Notes: generated by a model not told the origin, from the letters alone. DNA of 64,000 nt from Eledone cirrhosa (GCA_964016885.1 OZ024746.1:33418001-33482000); one strand, 5' to 3'; positions 1 to 13,724 are shown, counted from the stretch's first letter. A program made the numbers and translations.

Positions 1-7
1 ATGGGAA

Positions 8-320
8 ACTTCGGCGTATGGAAGCTGTTAGAAAAGCAAATTACCGTCGAATCGGCGTTGGGTAAAATATTACCTCGAAAGACAGAGATCAGCGGCTTGA
101 TGTGAGTAGATTCGAAGGAAGGAAGAGAAGACAGGATGGAGGAAAAAAGAATGGATGAAAGAGAACAGGTCACAAACAATCTTTTTCCCTTCATCCTATC
201 TTCTCTTCCTTCGAATCTACTCACATCGAGCCGCTGAAGTTTGTCCTTCGAGGTAATATTTCACCCAACGCCGGTTCGACGGTAATTTGCTGTTCTAACA
301 GCTTACATACGCCGGGTTTT
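8..320. repeat. Imperfect foldback (arms ~8-152 and ~179-320) abutting a (TA)n tract
   Basis: agcaaattaccgtcgaatcggcgttgggtaaaatattacctcgaa is mirrored by ttcgaggtaatatttcacccaacgccggttcgacggtaatttgct; the left arm may continue beyond the window edge. Confidence 0.85.
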
Positions 321-322
321 TA

Positions 323-370
<48 letters not shown>

Positions 371-406
371 ATGAATATATATATATGTATATGTATATAT
401 ATATAA

Positions 407-823
407 CGGCGATGAATTAGTTTTGCGAGGTTTTTTATATGAAATCGTGTGTCGAAACAAATATTGTTATGGTTGGGGAGGGTCATATTTGTGTAATATT
501 GCCAGAATTAATAACAGAACACACTCACTAAAGATGGCGTAGACATACAATGTAACGGGAGGAAACAATAGCACCACTGACGATGTTGCAGATGTGCAAC
601 GAAAGAGCTTTGATAAACTATATATATGTGTTTGTGTCTATATTGTATCTGTATTATTTTTGACCTTTGGTCAGTCAATGGCAACATTGAGGACCGAATA
701 AATTAGATTACCGATATAAAAGACACAGAAGCGAAAAGCGAAAATCAACCAAACAGTGAGTGTGTTCTGTTATTAATTCTGGCAATATTACACAAATATG
801 ACCCTCCCTAAGTATAACAATAT
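407..823. mobile_element. Family A (TA)n-inserted Penelope-like pLTR foldback
   Basis: Arms 461-529 and 755-823 are reverse complements; (TA)n on both sides; homologous to 3933-4047, 22598-23183, 35487-35800 and 39652-39850; carries an HHR motif. Confidence 0.75.
573..614 (+). ncRNA. Minimal type-I hammerhead ribozyme motif (family A)
   Basis: CTGACGA(577-583)-t-gttgca/gatg/tgcaac-GAAA(601-604)-gagc-T-T-tga; helix I partly decayed. Confidence 0.6.
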
Positions 824-835
824 ATATATATATAA

Positions 836-1064
836 CGAAGGAAATGTGGTAAGGAACCCTCTTTCTCCTACTGGCAGGTTTAGCCACCATCTCCCCTACT
901 AATTTGCAACCACAGAATTACTACTGATTTTTGAAAATCACTTTGACCATATATGGAATTACCCCTTGAGAAGATCGGCTATTTAAATACCAGGATAAAT
1001 TTTCATTTAGTCCAGAATTAGCCGTCGAAACGGCTTGAGCTCAGCTGTCGGGGTCTTACTGGTT

Positions 1065-1067
<3 letters not shown>
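836..1067 (+). mobile_element. Family B (TA)n-inserted pLTR-like element (short inverted 3' end followed by a sense copy)
   Basis: 836-858 gaaggaaatgtggtaaggaacc is the inverted terminus seen at 30762 and 53223; the remainder is homologous to 31200-31341. Confidence 0.75.
961..1054 (+). ncRNA. Type-I hammerhead ribozyme with U3-A8 core (family B)
   Basis: acccc-TTGAGAA(966-972)-ga(t)cggcta...tagccgtc-GAAA(1027-1030)-cggc/ttgagctca/gctg-T-C(1049)-ggggt; helices I, II and III can all form; GUC cleavage triplet. Confidence 0.85.
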
Positions 1068-1103
<36 letters not shown>

Positions 1104-1355
1104 TTTAAAGTACTAGGTCTCAGGGAGAATTTCTCCCAGACAGCCGAGAGCTGGCATTGTTAGTTTGAGGTTAGATCAGTAGATACAAAAGTACCGTCAG
1201 CTTTGCCTGTACCCACTTTAATAGCGGTAGGCTACTTCTGACTAATGGCCAAGTGGGAAGAACATTTGAGGTTGATGTGAAAAAGGTAATTGCTTCTCTC
1301 TCGCCCGTTTACTGAAATATGGACATGAGTGGCAAGCATAGTCAAATATAAAGAA

Positions 1356-1489
1356 CCTACTCTGATGACACGCTTGTAGATTAAGAGACGAGAGCTGGAG
1401 TAGGGGTCATTTTCTCGAGCACTCATGCCTGCCGTGGCTTTGGAGGGATTTCTCTGCGTGTCTACAGCGTAAATCTCGCTCATTGTAGA
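1356..1489 (+). ncRNA. Decayed hammerhead-like motif with ~100-nt helix II domain
   Basis: cctact-CTGATGA(1362-1368)-cacgcttgtaga...tctacagcgt-AAA (G12 missing)...gtag. Confidence 0.35.
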
Positions 1490-1604
1490 ATATTCTTTGT
1501 TTTAATTTATGGTTTTATTTATTTACATTTTTACATAAACCCATACTGCTTCAACCATAATTTCCTCGTCTTGTGAAATCATTGTGGTGAATAAAGAAAT
1601 AATA

Positions 1605-2237
1605 ATTGTTTCTAATTCAGGCGCAAGAGCAGAAAATTGAAAGGGATGGACAATTCGATACCCATGACCGTTACTGGTGCATTAGTTTATCAACCCCTTA
1701 TGGATGAAAGGCAAAATTAACCTCGGCAGGATTTGAACTCAGAACATAAAGGGCCATAACTCTATTCTGCAAAGCATGGTGTCTGACGCTCTACCGATAC
1801 TGCCAGAAGTAATAATTGCTGCCCCTTTAGGCACATGGTCAACAATTTGGTGGCGAAATGTAAGTCGATTAAATCGACCCCAGCGCGTGACTGGTGCGTT
1901 ATTTTATCGAACCCGTAAGTATGAAAGGCAAAGTTAACCTCGGCCGGATTTGAACTCAGAACGTAAAGGGACATAACTCTCTGGCACAAAGCATAGTATC
2001 TGACGCTCTACCGTCGCTGCCAGAAATAAGGGTTTCCTATATAGGCACAAGGCCAACAATTTTGGGGGAGGGGAAAGTTTTTTAATCCACCCCAGTGCAT
2101 GTCTAGTACTTTATTTTATCGACCCCATAAGGAGGAAAGACAATGTTAACCTCGGTGGGATTTGAACTCAGAATGTAAAGGCACATAACTCTCTGCCACG
2201 AAGAATTGTGTCTGACGCGCTACCGACACTGCCAGAA
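1605..2237 (-). mobile_element. Three head-to-tail copies of a tRNA-derived SINE (octopus-like)
   Basis: Units ~1605-1806, ~1828-2025, ~2041-2237; the minus strand has A-box-like tggcagtatcggtagagcgtc, B-box gagttcaaatcc and body gcctttcatcc...tcgataaaataa. Confidence 0.85.
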
Positions 2238-2760
2238 ATAATAATAATAATTCTTTCTTTATTGGACAGTAGGCCCGACATGTAAAGTCAAATACAAAAG
2301 AAAAGGGACACTGAAAATATACACATATATATACAAAAGGAAAGCCGGTAGCAATTAACAATAATTGATTAATAAAAGTATTTCAGAGATATTTTAGAAA
2401 GCCTAAAATTCCGAAACCATCCTAATCACCAAGATTACCCTAGTAATATGCCTCGTCATATCTGAATACTCCAGCCTCAGCTGCATGTGCAGAGTAGAGC
2501 CATTCATGCTGCCGATGTTCGCTGCATTCAGTCACCTTTTGACAAATATATTGGAGAGCAGCACTTCTATCTCCGCCCTCACCATCCTCTCTCAGTGCAA
2601 ATTTGATGGGGGCATTGCTTTCAATCTTTTTATCCGAGTCCACCACAAAAACATCATCTACTACAGCCACCAGGCAGAGGAAAATTGTCTGCGGTTCCTG
2701 GTCAAAATAAGGCGGCGAGGTTATCTTCATGATGGGCCCGGTTGATAGCCGGATCCATCA
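2238..2760 (-). mobile_element. 3' fragment of a Tx1/L1-like LINE related to the 24.5-30 kb element
   Basis: KITSPPYFDQEPQTIFLCLVAV resembles RIAPPSYFSREGHAVFICLVAM of ORF2 (29.5 kb); ends in aataaagaaag+(TTA)n like 30030-30082. Confidence 0.7.
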
Positions 2761-3140
2761 TACACGCGCTAATAAGTGTTGGAGAAAAATCCACAAGACA
2801 GTAATGCATTCGTGCCTGTTGAGTTCATGTTCAAGCTACCTCACAACAGTATATTTAATATAGGTGGGCGAATGGGCCTACTCTAACCATGCGCCTGTAG
2901 GGTGGAACATTTGAAGAAGTGAGGGATGACCTCCTAGGGCTCTCATGGCCAGTAGCGTTGTTTACAATTGGTGGGGTTCAAGAGTCACCCCTGACTGATA
3001 CTCCCTCTATTGGAGAATTTCATTGTTATAATTGTATTGCAATTTATCTATGTTCTTTTTACTTCATTTTTTGAAAAGCCACATTGTCCTGTATATACTG
3101 CCCCGTCTGGCCAATAATGAAATTATTATTATTATTATTA
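2761..3140 (+). mobile_element. Probable 3' UTR of a second Tx1-like LINE
   Basis: ggtggaa...tactccctctattggagaattt...ttgtcctgta...(ATT)n parallels 29806-30082. Confidence 0.5.
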
Positions 3141-3169
3141 TCTTTATGTTGTTATATATACATACAGTG

Positions 3170-3400
3170 GTACAATACGGTAGGTTGGTAGTATCGGTAG
3201 TTTCTCGGACACTACTCTTTGTGACACAGAGTTATGACCGTTTAAATTCTGAGTTCAAATCTTTCCGGTGTAAGCTTTGCCTTTTATCCTTACGGTTTCA
3301 CTAAAGTAAAGTACGATTAAAGCACTAGGAATGGTTTAAAAAGAACTGTCCCTTCTCTCTGAAGAACTGGCTTTGTGCTACATGAAGAAACAATTATTAT
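3170..3400 (+). mobile_element. tRNA-derived SINE (same family, diverged)
   Basis: tggtagtatcggtag...ctgagttcaaatc...ctttgccttttatcc...ggctttgtgc. Confidence 0.75.
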
Positions 3401-3769
3401 TACCAGACATATTTCTTTTCTTGTAACATAGTTTTTACTAAATAGCTTTTGCTGCGTATCTTCCTGTTTATTAGTATTTTCTTTTTTGCTTCTCACTGAT
3501 TAATCAGATATTGATGAAATAATTATTAAAAGTAAACAAAAATAAAAAAAAACCCAAAGCAAATGCATATAAGAACGTTGTATTTAACACCGAACGTATA
3601 GGTTTTGATGAAGCATGATGTAATGATAGATTCTATTCGGGTATGAAATAATGGTGTAATCAATTCTTTTGTTTAACATATGTCTACGACTCTGTCTGAA
3701 CTGCTAGTCTTGCTTCTATTTCATTATTCGCAATCTCTCGACTTTTTTCATCCGCATATATATTTATAA

Positions 3770-3795
3770 CTCTCTCCCTCTCTGTCATATTCCTT

Positions 3796-3847
<52 letters not shown>

Positions 3848-3868
3848 CCCACTGTCTCTCTCTCCCTC

Positions 3869-3928
<60 letters not shown>

Positions 3929-4047
3929 AATATATTTGTTTTGCAAAGATACAGAAGCGAAAACTAATCCAAACCAAACAGTGATTGTTTTCTGTTATTA
4001 TTTCTGGCAACATTATAACAATATGACCCTCCACAAGTATAACAATA

Positions 4048-4114
<67 letters not shown>

Positions 4115-4179
4115 TATTCACACACTCACACATATATATATATATACATACACATATATATATTTATATGTATATATGC

Positions 4180-4224
<45 letters not shown>

Positions 4225-4293
4225 TATATATTCACACACACACACACATATATATATACATACACATATATATATATATATATGTATATATGC

Positions 4294-4376
<83 letters not shown>
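3770..4376. repeat. Compound (CT)n/(TA)n/(CA)n microsatellite containing a family A fragment (3933-4047)
   Basis: Read directly; 3944-4047 matches 718-823. Confidence 0.9.
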
Positions 4377-4903
4377 AGTTTGCAGTTTTCAACAGTTGAA
4401 AATTGCAAACTTGACTGTCACCACATATTATGAACCCAAAGATTGCGAAAGCATGAAAGTACTTGTTCAATTAACACTTAAAATTTAATATTCTATCATA
4501 CTATTTCATTATAATACCATTATAAATTTTAAAGGATTGTAAATAAGACGAGTAAATCAGACAAAGTTGGAATTCCTCTTATTAATATAATCTTCTATAC
4601 ACAATCATACACACCCGTAGGTGTCACAGAAACTCTACATCGGATTTTAACAGCAATTCCGGGAGTCCATGTCTGGTTGTCATTTATTTTTTATCATTTA
4701 TTTTGTTTTGACCTGTTTAGCTTGATTTGGTTTTTGGCTTGGGTGGTTAATGCCTTCTTGACCACCTTTTCAGTTTTGTATGGCTTCTTAACACATTGTT
4801 TAGCTCTGGTTTTTAACTATTGAGCACTTTGCCAGTATCATTTCTGATATTTGCGTTTCGATTCGCTTTTCCTGCCCGCCGAAAATGTGATTCTCGCTGA
4901 ATC

Positions 4904-4940
<37 letters not shown>

Positions 4941-4946
<6 letters not shown>

Positions 4947-5100
4947 GATATTAATAAATGGAAACTATATTTATAAAACCATATTTATATAGTTTCCATT
5001 TATTAATATCGTATATCTACTCCAAATACTTGTCGAGTGCTTTATATCAGTTATACAAATATTTACTTGTTGTATCCCAACAATTTTAAATAGAACTTTA
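4941..5100. mobile_element. Family H (TA)n insert with terminal hairpin
   Basis: atatacgatattaataaatggaaactata pairs with tatagtttccatttattaatatcgtatat; homologous to 30384-30445 and 30603-30645. Confidence 0.7.
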
Positions 5101-5158
<58 letters not shown>

Positions 5159-5427
5159 GAATATACACGCATAATATATATGCATCTGCTCTTTCCGTCT
5201 GGTCATATTAAAATGTGATTGTGGCACGTAGTAAACATACTGGCTCTGGTGGACTTAACATAATACTTGCAGGCTGTTCGTAGTTGTGTTAGCAGAGTGA
5301 TGGATGATATTTTATTTCTCTGTTCTTGCTATTTATTGACAGAGTATATAATATTGTGAGATTATTTTAATTAACTTATCAATCGAACCTCTAAATACAG
5401 CTGCGAAAATGTAGACAAATGTGAAAA

Positions 5428-5476
5428 TACCCTGATCATTTGTGAACTTAGACAAACAAACATATTATGTAGCTAT
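5428..5476 (+). ncRNA. Decayed minimal hammerhead motif
   Basis: tacc-CTGATCA-tttgt/gaacttag/acaaa-CAAA-catattatg-T-A-gctat; three substitutions from a canonical HHR. Confidence 0.4.
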
Positions 5477-6676
5477 GTACCAGGTTGAAGGCATTTAATC
5501 AGCAGGTTACTCACTAATCATTCTGTCCATACACACACACATATATATAAACGTATGGCTACACACACAAATATATATATATTTTTGTGTGTAGCCATGC
5601 GTTTATTATACCAGAGAAAGGCTAGTATTATCTTTACACGACCATTCTGTTTAGCAGAGTTAGCACTCTGTGGCGTTATAATATAATTAAATATGTATAC
5701 TTATGATAACATATATTCGAAAAAGCGGTATTTCTTACGTTTATTTTTTGTTTTCATTACGAATATTATTTTAGATACAATGGTCTGTGGCTGTATTCTA
5801 TATACCTTAAAACTTTACATGAAATCTTCGATTGAAGTTCAATACAGCCAATTGAATTATTGTATTCCACTTTAGAATGTGTTATTTTTAAATACTTTGT
5901 TTCAGCGTTACTGTTTACTTTTAGGTTATATGAGAGAAGTCGACTCTGAGGGGACAGAGAAGGGTACCAACTACAGATCATCAATCCGAGTATTCAAAAT
6001 AACATAGTATCTCGAAAAATAAATATTAGACTATCCTATTTCATGCCGTGAACAATTATTACTCATGACGTATTGAGAAGATGCACTTGAAACAACCGCT
6101 CACAATGCACACTTTTCTCGTCCAGGATACACGACCTCTGATTTTCAGCGACGTACCAAGCTGTTTTTCATGAATGCTGTTACCTCTCCTTTTCTGCTAA
6201 ATGAATGTGAAAAAATAAAACAAAAACAGATACAAACATTGTAGAAGTAGACAATTCAAATATACCATATGCACCTTGCAGATTTCCAATCGCGCATCCT
6301 GCGATGTCGACGTTTACATAGAAGTAGGGTTAAAATAAAATGGATATCTACGAGTATACGTATCTACCGCTATTCTCTGGTTCTATTCATTAATTTTACA
6401 GTATTAAATGGATCGGTATCAAACATTTGCTACGCATAACACAAAGGAACATATTTTATTGAAGATGACAAGAAAAAAACTAAAACGTTATCTAACGTGA
6501 CTACTTTTCAGTTTATGGATTTTGAATAAGATTTTGGCGAACTATTTCCTGCTGTTTCTGCCAGGCCACTTACCCATATTCTCACAGTCTAATATATATA
6601 TATATAGTTAGAGAAGCAAAAAATTGCTTATTGTAATCCAGTTTTTGGTTATATATATATATATATATATATATAT

Positions 6677-7100
6677 TATGAAGAGAGAAGAAACATTTAG
6701 ATATAATTAGTAATAAAATGTATCATACCTAAATTGCTCCTAAATTCCTCGACTACGTAGTTTCGTGGCATAAACAAAAACAATATATCAAAGATATAGA
6801 GTCCTTGCGAGGTCTGCCGACTTATCAAGAGGATACCTCATTTTACTAGTCTCAAGAACGCGTCTACACGACGTGAGAAAGAATCCCAAAAGGCGGAGGG
6901 GGAGATAGTCACGCGATATAACGGTCGAGAAACAGAGCTAAGCCTCTTATAACCACGAAGAAAATACCACGGAGGCGGAGGGGGTATTCATATCGAGGCC
7001 GTAGAAGAGGTAGTGAAGAAGGCGAGAAGTATGAGTAATGGAAGCTTTCCAGTTGTCCCCACACTTCAAAGATTGCTCGACCAGAGGGAGTTATTAATAT
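6677..7100 (-). mobile_element. Family C (TA)n-adjacent pLTR-like insert
   Basis: Starts at a (TA)n tract, has a purine-rich plus strand like other pLTR arms, and carries an HHR. Confidence 0.55.
6746..6833 (-). ncRNA. Type-I hammerhead ribozyme with U3-A8 core and palindromic helix III (family C)
   Basis: Minus strand: tcctc-TTGATAA-gt(c)ggca...tgccac-GAAA-ctacgtag-T-C-gagga; ACTACGTAGT is a perfect palindrome; GUC triplet. Confidence 0.85.
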
Positions 7101-7569
7101 ATTTAGAAACACACAGATACATGCGGACACACACATATATACATGAATGCATCCGCACCCAACTGTGATTTAAGGGTGCCAACTTCACCGATGTTGCTCA
7201 ATGAATGACTGGGACAGACCAATTCAGTTGAACTAGACTGAACCATATATATATATATGTAGATAGGTAGATAGCTACGTGTATGCATAGTTCCATTATT
7301 ATATACCTATAGGTATACACGATTCCATACAAACATATAACAACATATAACAGCAATTTATGCTTACGCACATACAAAATTATATAATGATTATGAAAAA
7401 GAAAACCAGACGAAAAAACAAATAGACATACATAAATGCGTACACGCATACATGCGCAGTTAATGACTTACATACACAGTATCTCTTTTTCTCTCTCTTT
7501 CTCCCCTCTCTTTCTCTCTCTCTCTCTTTCTCCCCATCTCTCTCTCATCCTCTCTCTCTGTCTCTGTCT

Positions 7570-7674
<105 letters not shown>

Positions 7675-8176
7675 CATACTTATAAAAATGCATACGTATC
7701 TACATAATTGAAATCGTAGGCACATGCGTCTGTCTACAAATATCATTACAAATATCTGTTTCACCCATCCCTTACCTTTCCACATAATTTTACTGTTTAC
7801 TCAGCTTTTTATTGATTTGAATTAAATTAATTAAATTAAGATACGATTTGTTTACTGAAAGTAGCAACAACAACTACGACAACAAATATACCTTCGCAAC
7901 GCCCAGCCGCCTTCGATGTTATATTGGTTCTTTATTTCCGGTTCTTTCTATTGTTGGCAGAAATCAAGACTACTGGGCAGTATGTCGGTGTTTGAATACA
8001 TTACCATTTTGAAAATCAATATACCACCCAAATATCTGTTCTTCAAGTGTTAGGCAAACGAAAACAATCTGAAAATATCATTGGTTGGTGTCGGTGGTTC
8101 GGTGTGGACATATTTGATTATAATAAGCTGTGAGGAAAATGTTCATGTGACTACTACTATTATTATTATCATTAAT

Positions 8177-8223
<47 letters not shown>

Positions 8224-8994
8224 TAGTATTAATAGTAGAAGAACAATTCACTCTTTGTGTTTCTCTATGGCCATCTCCTCTCATAACGCACTCCTCCTTA
8301 TCACACTCACATTTTCTTCCACACTATATTTGTCGTATATAGCTGTCGCCTAAAGCCAATTGTTGTAATTCCCTGCGTATTACTGCTTTTCAAGATCAAA
8401 TTTTGTGGTTGAAATCAAATAAAATGAACATCTCTGGGCCTGCAGTTAAGCGAACATATACCACCAAGTCAGAGACAAAGAGAAAATGCAGGTGGGAGAC
8501 TCAAGAAGCTATTATTGTTGTAGGTTGATGTGAGAGAATGAAAGAAAGAGGAGAGGTGAGAATCTGACAGAGAAGTGGTTGTAGAAAAGACAGTAACAGC
8601 GAAGCCAGGAAATAAAGAAATAAAAAGACTTGACAAGACAGTTTGAAGAAAAAATATTAAGATTAGGAAGGAAATCAAAATTTAAATAAATGTAGGAACT
8701 TGAAGAGAAAATGAAGCGAAGGGAATAGTGTATGTCGATTTCAAAGGGGTAAATGGGACAATAGGTGCAGATATACACAATGACGGACTAGGAAGAAAAT
8801 TATATGGTCAGAATTGTAAGCTAGTCAGATGAAAAATGAGTGGAAGATGATCGAATCTGAATGAATAGAAATTGAACAGATAGAGAAGGGGGAAGAAAAA
8901 GAATATAAAGCGAGGGAGATTAAAGGAGAGAAGATTAAAGGGAAGGAATGTACGAGACGATCAAATCTGCCTCATTATGCTGCTTACTACCACT

Positions 8995-9180
8995 AGAACC
9001 GTCTCATATCGGTAGAGCGTCGGACATGCTTTCCAGCATAGTCACGTCCATTTATGATCTGAGTTCAAATCCCGCCGAGATTAACTTTGCCTTTCATCCA
9101 TACGAGGTCGATAAAATAATGTACCAGTAATGTACTGGATAATTGCTGGCCTTGTGCCAAAAGTAGAAACAATTATTATA
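8995..9180 (+). mobile_element. tRNA-derived SINE
   Basis: atcggtagagcgtcggac...gagttcaaatcccgccgag...gcctttcatcc...gtcgataaaataa...ttgctggccttgtgccaaaagtagaaac. Confidence 0.85.
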
Positions 9181-9247
9181 TTATTAAAATACAGTAATGC
9201 GAGGCACCGCAGTGCACTTATTGGACGTCTATTACAATCCTCACCAA

Positions 9248-9303
<56 letters not shown>

Positions 9304-9539
9304 GCGCGCACATACGCGCACACTCACACACACATACACAGACACACAAACACACATACACACACACACACTCACAGACACACACAACTACTTACACACA
9401 CATTCACATATATATATTTCATCAGCTCTGACATCCCTTCTCTTGCTTGTCCTTATATATATATATATATGTTTCCTGAGCGCTCATGAAATTCACCCAG
9501 CCTATGCTTATCGGATAACCATGTTGCTTGTTTTTCTTC

Positions 9540-9670
9540 CCATCTTCGGTTAGCTTTTCCTCCTATGTTGTTTACTTGTCTCACTCTCTTTACGCGTTTC
9601 CCTTGTCCCAATAGCTTATTTTAGTTATTGCTCGCACCAACCTGAGGTATATGATTTTTAATGCGATGAA
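9540..9670 (+). repeat. Interspersed repeat fragment (family F), homologous to the reverse complement of ~19550-19680
   Basis: aatagcttattttagttattgctcgcaccaacctgaggtat vs aataacttattttagttattgttcgcgctaacctgaggtat. Confidence 0.65.
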
Positions 9671-9761
9671 ATACCAATGATCGTTGGCAAATCACTGATG
9701 AGGGACTAATTTTATAATATGTAATCCATGTGCAACCATGCAGTATTCTTCTCCCCATGTT

Positions 9762-9820
<59 letters not shown>

Positions 9821-10179
9821 ATGCGCGTGTGCGTATGTCTGTGTGTCTGTATGTGTGTGTGTGTATGTGTATGCGTGTCTGTGTATATATATATTTAGAG
9901 ATATGAATATATGCTGTGGTGTATTTTGTAATACCCGTTAGGAAAATACAAAACACCAGCACAAATGTAATTTTGAAAAACTATATTTTAAAAAGATAAC
10001 GATAGCAGAAACCGAACAGTACACAAAATTAATTAATTTTCCGTTTAAATTATCCCAGAATTTTGGAAATTATATATATAGATAAATATATATATATGTT
10101 ATTCCGGGTTGAATCGGAGGTAACCACAGTAAATAACGTACTCAATACATAGCAGAGTATAACAGTTTTAATATAGAAG

Positions 10180-10230
10180 AGCATCTACAGGACTAGAACT
10201 GTTTCATTCCTGAGAAATCATCAGGAGGCT
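10180..10230 (-). ncRNA. Type-I hammerhead ribozyme (family E)
   Basis: agcctc-CTGATGA-tttc/tcag/gaat-GAAA-cag/ttctagtc/ctg-T-A-gatgct. Confidence 0.7.
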
Positions 10231-10689
10231 CAATGTCCAAGTAAATATGGTGGTATTTATATCTTTTCTGGTGGTAGGGGAGGGTGGGGACTGGATGGGG
10301 GGAGGTCATTGGTTGAAAGAAAAGGGAATTCTTTAAAAGCTAATTCTTTAAAGCTATAATTTATATTTAGAGTGACAAAGGCAGAAATAATTCTATAAAC
10401 AAGTTCAAATTGGGGTGCCACTCCTTATTTTTAAGTGTCTCTTAAGCTAACAATGCCTATATTTTAGGTGTCTATAAGATGGTTGGAGGTCAGTCATCGT
10501 TGATGGGTTTAAAGAAAGGGGAATTCTTTAAAAGCTAAATTTGTCACTCTAAATATAAATTATAGCTTTAAAGAATTAGCTTTTAAAGAATTCCCCTTTC
10601 TTTCAACCAAAGACCTCCACCCATCCCACTCCCCACCTTCCCCTACCACCAGAAAAAATATAAATACCACCATATTTACTTGGACATTC

Positions 10690-10740
10690 AGCTTCCTGAT
10701 GATTTCTCACGAATGAAACAGTTCTAGTCCTCTAGAAGCT
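10690..10740 (+). ncRNA. Type-I hammerhead ribozyme (family E)
   Basis: agcttc-CTGATGA(10696-10702)-tttc/tcac/gaat-GAAA-cag...ctc-T-A-gaagct; perfect 6-bp helix I and one helix III mismatch. Confidence 0.7.
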
Positions 10741-10848
10741 CTTCTATTTTAAAAAAAAATATATATATATATAGAGAGAGAGATAGATAGAAAAATATAT
10801 ATCAGCGAATATGAATAAACGGAGTTAATTCTAACCTGTATAATTCTT

Positions 10849-10954
<106 letters not shown>

Positions 10955-11709
10955 GTCTCTCCATCTACCTATCTATCTATATACCTATCCACCTGTCTGT
11001 TGAATGCAAAATTCTCTTTAGTAAACTAATTCTTCATGTTTATCCAACATGTTTCTATTTACTCGTTGCACGACATTTTCTTCCATATATATATATATAT
11101 AGCTTTTATTGTTTTCCTTAATTGGTTTAGCTTACGTTATTTTGTTTCATTTTATTCAGATGATAACCTGATGTCGTATATCATTTATTTTTTTTTGTTA
11201 TCTATTTGTTTCTTTATATGGCTCCTTAATTTCATTTCATTTCTCTTCAGTTCGAGACATACACTGAAATAAAGAAAAGTAAAAACACTTCTTTAAATGT
11301 AAAACAAAAAAACGTACATCTCCAAAATATATAACAATATACATCAATGATTGATAGAGTCGCTTCAAATTTAGTAGCAAATTCTGTCTGAAGTTCACCT
11401 CAAATTAACGAAAAATAAAAACAAAACATTTAGTAATAAAGAAGAAATAATATATAAAAGACACACAGAATATAAAATTAACAGAAAATAATAAATTAAG
11501 ATACAGCTAAATAGAAATAATGAACTCTAATTAAAATTCAGTTGTCTTCATTACACAACAGAATATATGCGTTTAGATGTTCGTATCTTCAGGATTGGTT
11601 ATCTGCTTCTGATTTCATTTCGTTTCAATTTAAAATCGCATACACATATACACACATGCACACAGACAGAGAAACAGAGAGACAGAGACACACACATGTA
11701 TACATATTC

Positions 11710-11872
<163 letters not shown>

Positions 11873-11972
11873 AAATTGAGGTTGGTAATGGCACATGGAA
11901 TATATAAGAGACAGAATACTTTTTTGTGAAAAAACATAATTTTATAAGGTAAGGAAATAATAAAGGGTATAA

Positions 11973-12020
11973 AAAATGACCGGTTTCGATGGGTCTGCAA
12001 AAGCCATCTTTTCAAATGTT
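11973..12020 (-). ncRNA. Minimal hammerhead with U3-A8 core (family D)
   Basis: aacat-TTGAAAA-gatgg/cttttgcagac/ccatc-GAAA-ccgg-T-C-atttt; ACCGGT palindrome; GUC triplet. Confidence 0.7.
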
Positions 12021-12368
12021 GATTAATATTAAGAAAAATTAATAATACGAAGAGTTAAAATTTGAGACTTGAAAATTCAAGTATAAAATTCATTGTGGGA
12101 TTTCATAGCAGTTTTCATCTAGGTAGCAACAACAGGTTGACTGCTGTGTCCCTTTCTGGTAGTGAATGAGAAGTTATTTGGGGTGTGGGTTATTTTATAA
12201 AGGTCAGATTTAGCAATCGCCAGCTGCTGGTCAGTGAGGGGGAGGAAGCAATATACACACACATATCTTCCTGTGATGGGTAGGAGAGTGGAGCGTGATA
12301 GAAAAGGATTTAGTGCACTTACACCTATATATACACACATACCTTCATCCACACATTCATACATATAC

Positions 12369-12409
<41 letters not shown>

Positions 12410-12470
12410 CACACATACATACACACACACATACATATACATACACACATACACACACACACATATATAT

Positions 12471-12525
<55 letters not shown>

Positions 12526-12557
12526 TATATATATATACATACACATACATCCAGATA

Positions 12558-12644
<87 letters not shown>

Positions 12645-12790
12645 GTATGTGTATATATATATATATATGCGTGTGTGTGTGTGTATATATATGTGTGTGT
12701 ATGTGTGTATATATATGTGTGTGTGTGTGTGTGTGTATGTTTGTATGTGTGTATGTATATATATATGTGTGTGTGTATGTATGTGTGGGG

Positions 12791-12872
<82 letters not shown>

Positions 12873-12913
12873 ATGTATGTGTGTATCTGGATGTATGTGT
12901 ATGTATATATATA

Positions 12914-12970
<57 letters not shown>

Positions 12971-13031
12971 ATATATGTGTGTGTGTGTGTATGTGTGTAT
13001 GTATATGTATGTGTGTGTGTATGTATGTGTG

Positions 13032-13072
<41 letters not shown>

Positions 13073-13420
13073 GTATATGTATGTATGTGTGGATGAAGGT
13101 ATGTGTGTATATATAGGTGTAAGTGCACTAAATCCTTTTCTATCACGCTCCACTCTCCTACCCATCACAGGAAGATATGTGTGTGTATATTGCTTCCTCT
13201 CCCTCACTGACCAGCAGCTGGCGATTGCTAAATCTGACCTTTATAAAATAACCCACACCCCAAATAACTTCTCATTCACTACCAGAAAGGGACACAGCAG
13301 TCAACCTGTTGTTGCTACCTAGATGAAAACTGCTATGAAATCCCACAATAAATTTTATACTTGAATTTTCAAGTCTCAAATTTTAACTCTTCGTATTATT
13401 AATTTTTCTTAATATTAATC

Positions 13421-13468
13421 AACATTTGAAAATATGGCTTTTGCAGACCCATCGAAACCGGTCATTTT
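13421..13468 (+). ncRNA. Mirror copy of the family D hammerhead (G10.1>T)
   Basis: aacatttgaaaatatggcttttgcagacccatcgaaaccggtcatttt. Confidence 0.6.
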
Positions 13469-13604
13469 TTATACCCTTTATTATTTCCTTACCTTATAAA
13501 ATTATGTTTTTTCACAAAAAAGTATTCTGTCTCTTATATATTCCATGTGCCATTACCAACCTCAATTTTCTCTATAACCTTCGTTTTGTGTAGAAAATTA
13601 CACT

Positions 13605-13724
<120 letters not shown>

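Larger units (their letters stand above)
10098..10754. mobile_element. Family E (TA)n-inserted foldback with one HHR per arm
   Basis: Arms ~10166-10379 and ~10540-10754; homologous to 62924-63091. Confidence 0.85.

Noticed and set aside
1605-2237. CRISPR-like or tRNA gene array
   Set aside because: The units are ~210-bp SINEs with A/B boxes, with no cloverleaf and no repeat-spacer structure; the context is eukaryotic
9640-9760. HHR around CTGATGA at ~9695
   Set aside because: No downstream GAAA/helix III and no helix I pairing
12119-13322. Two mirror-image 362-aa ORFs (and 273-aa ORFs)
   Set aside because: They are stop-free translations of (TA)/(CA) microsatellite within a palindrome, not protein-like
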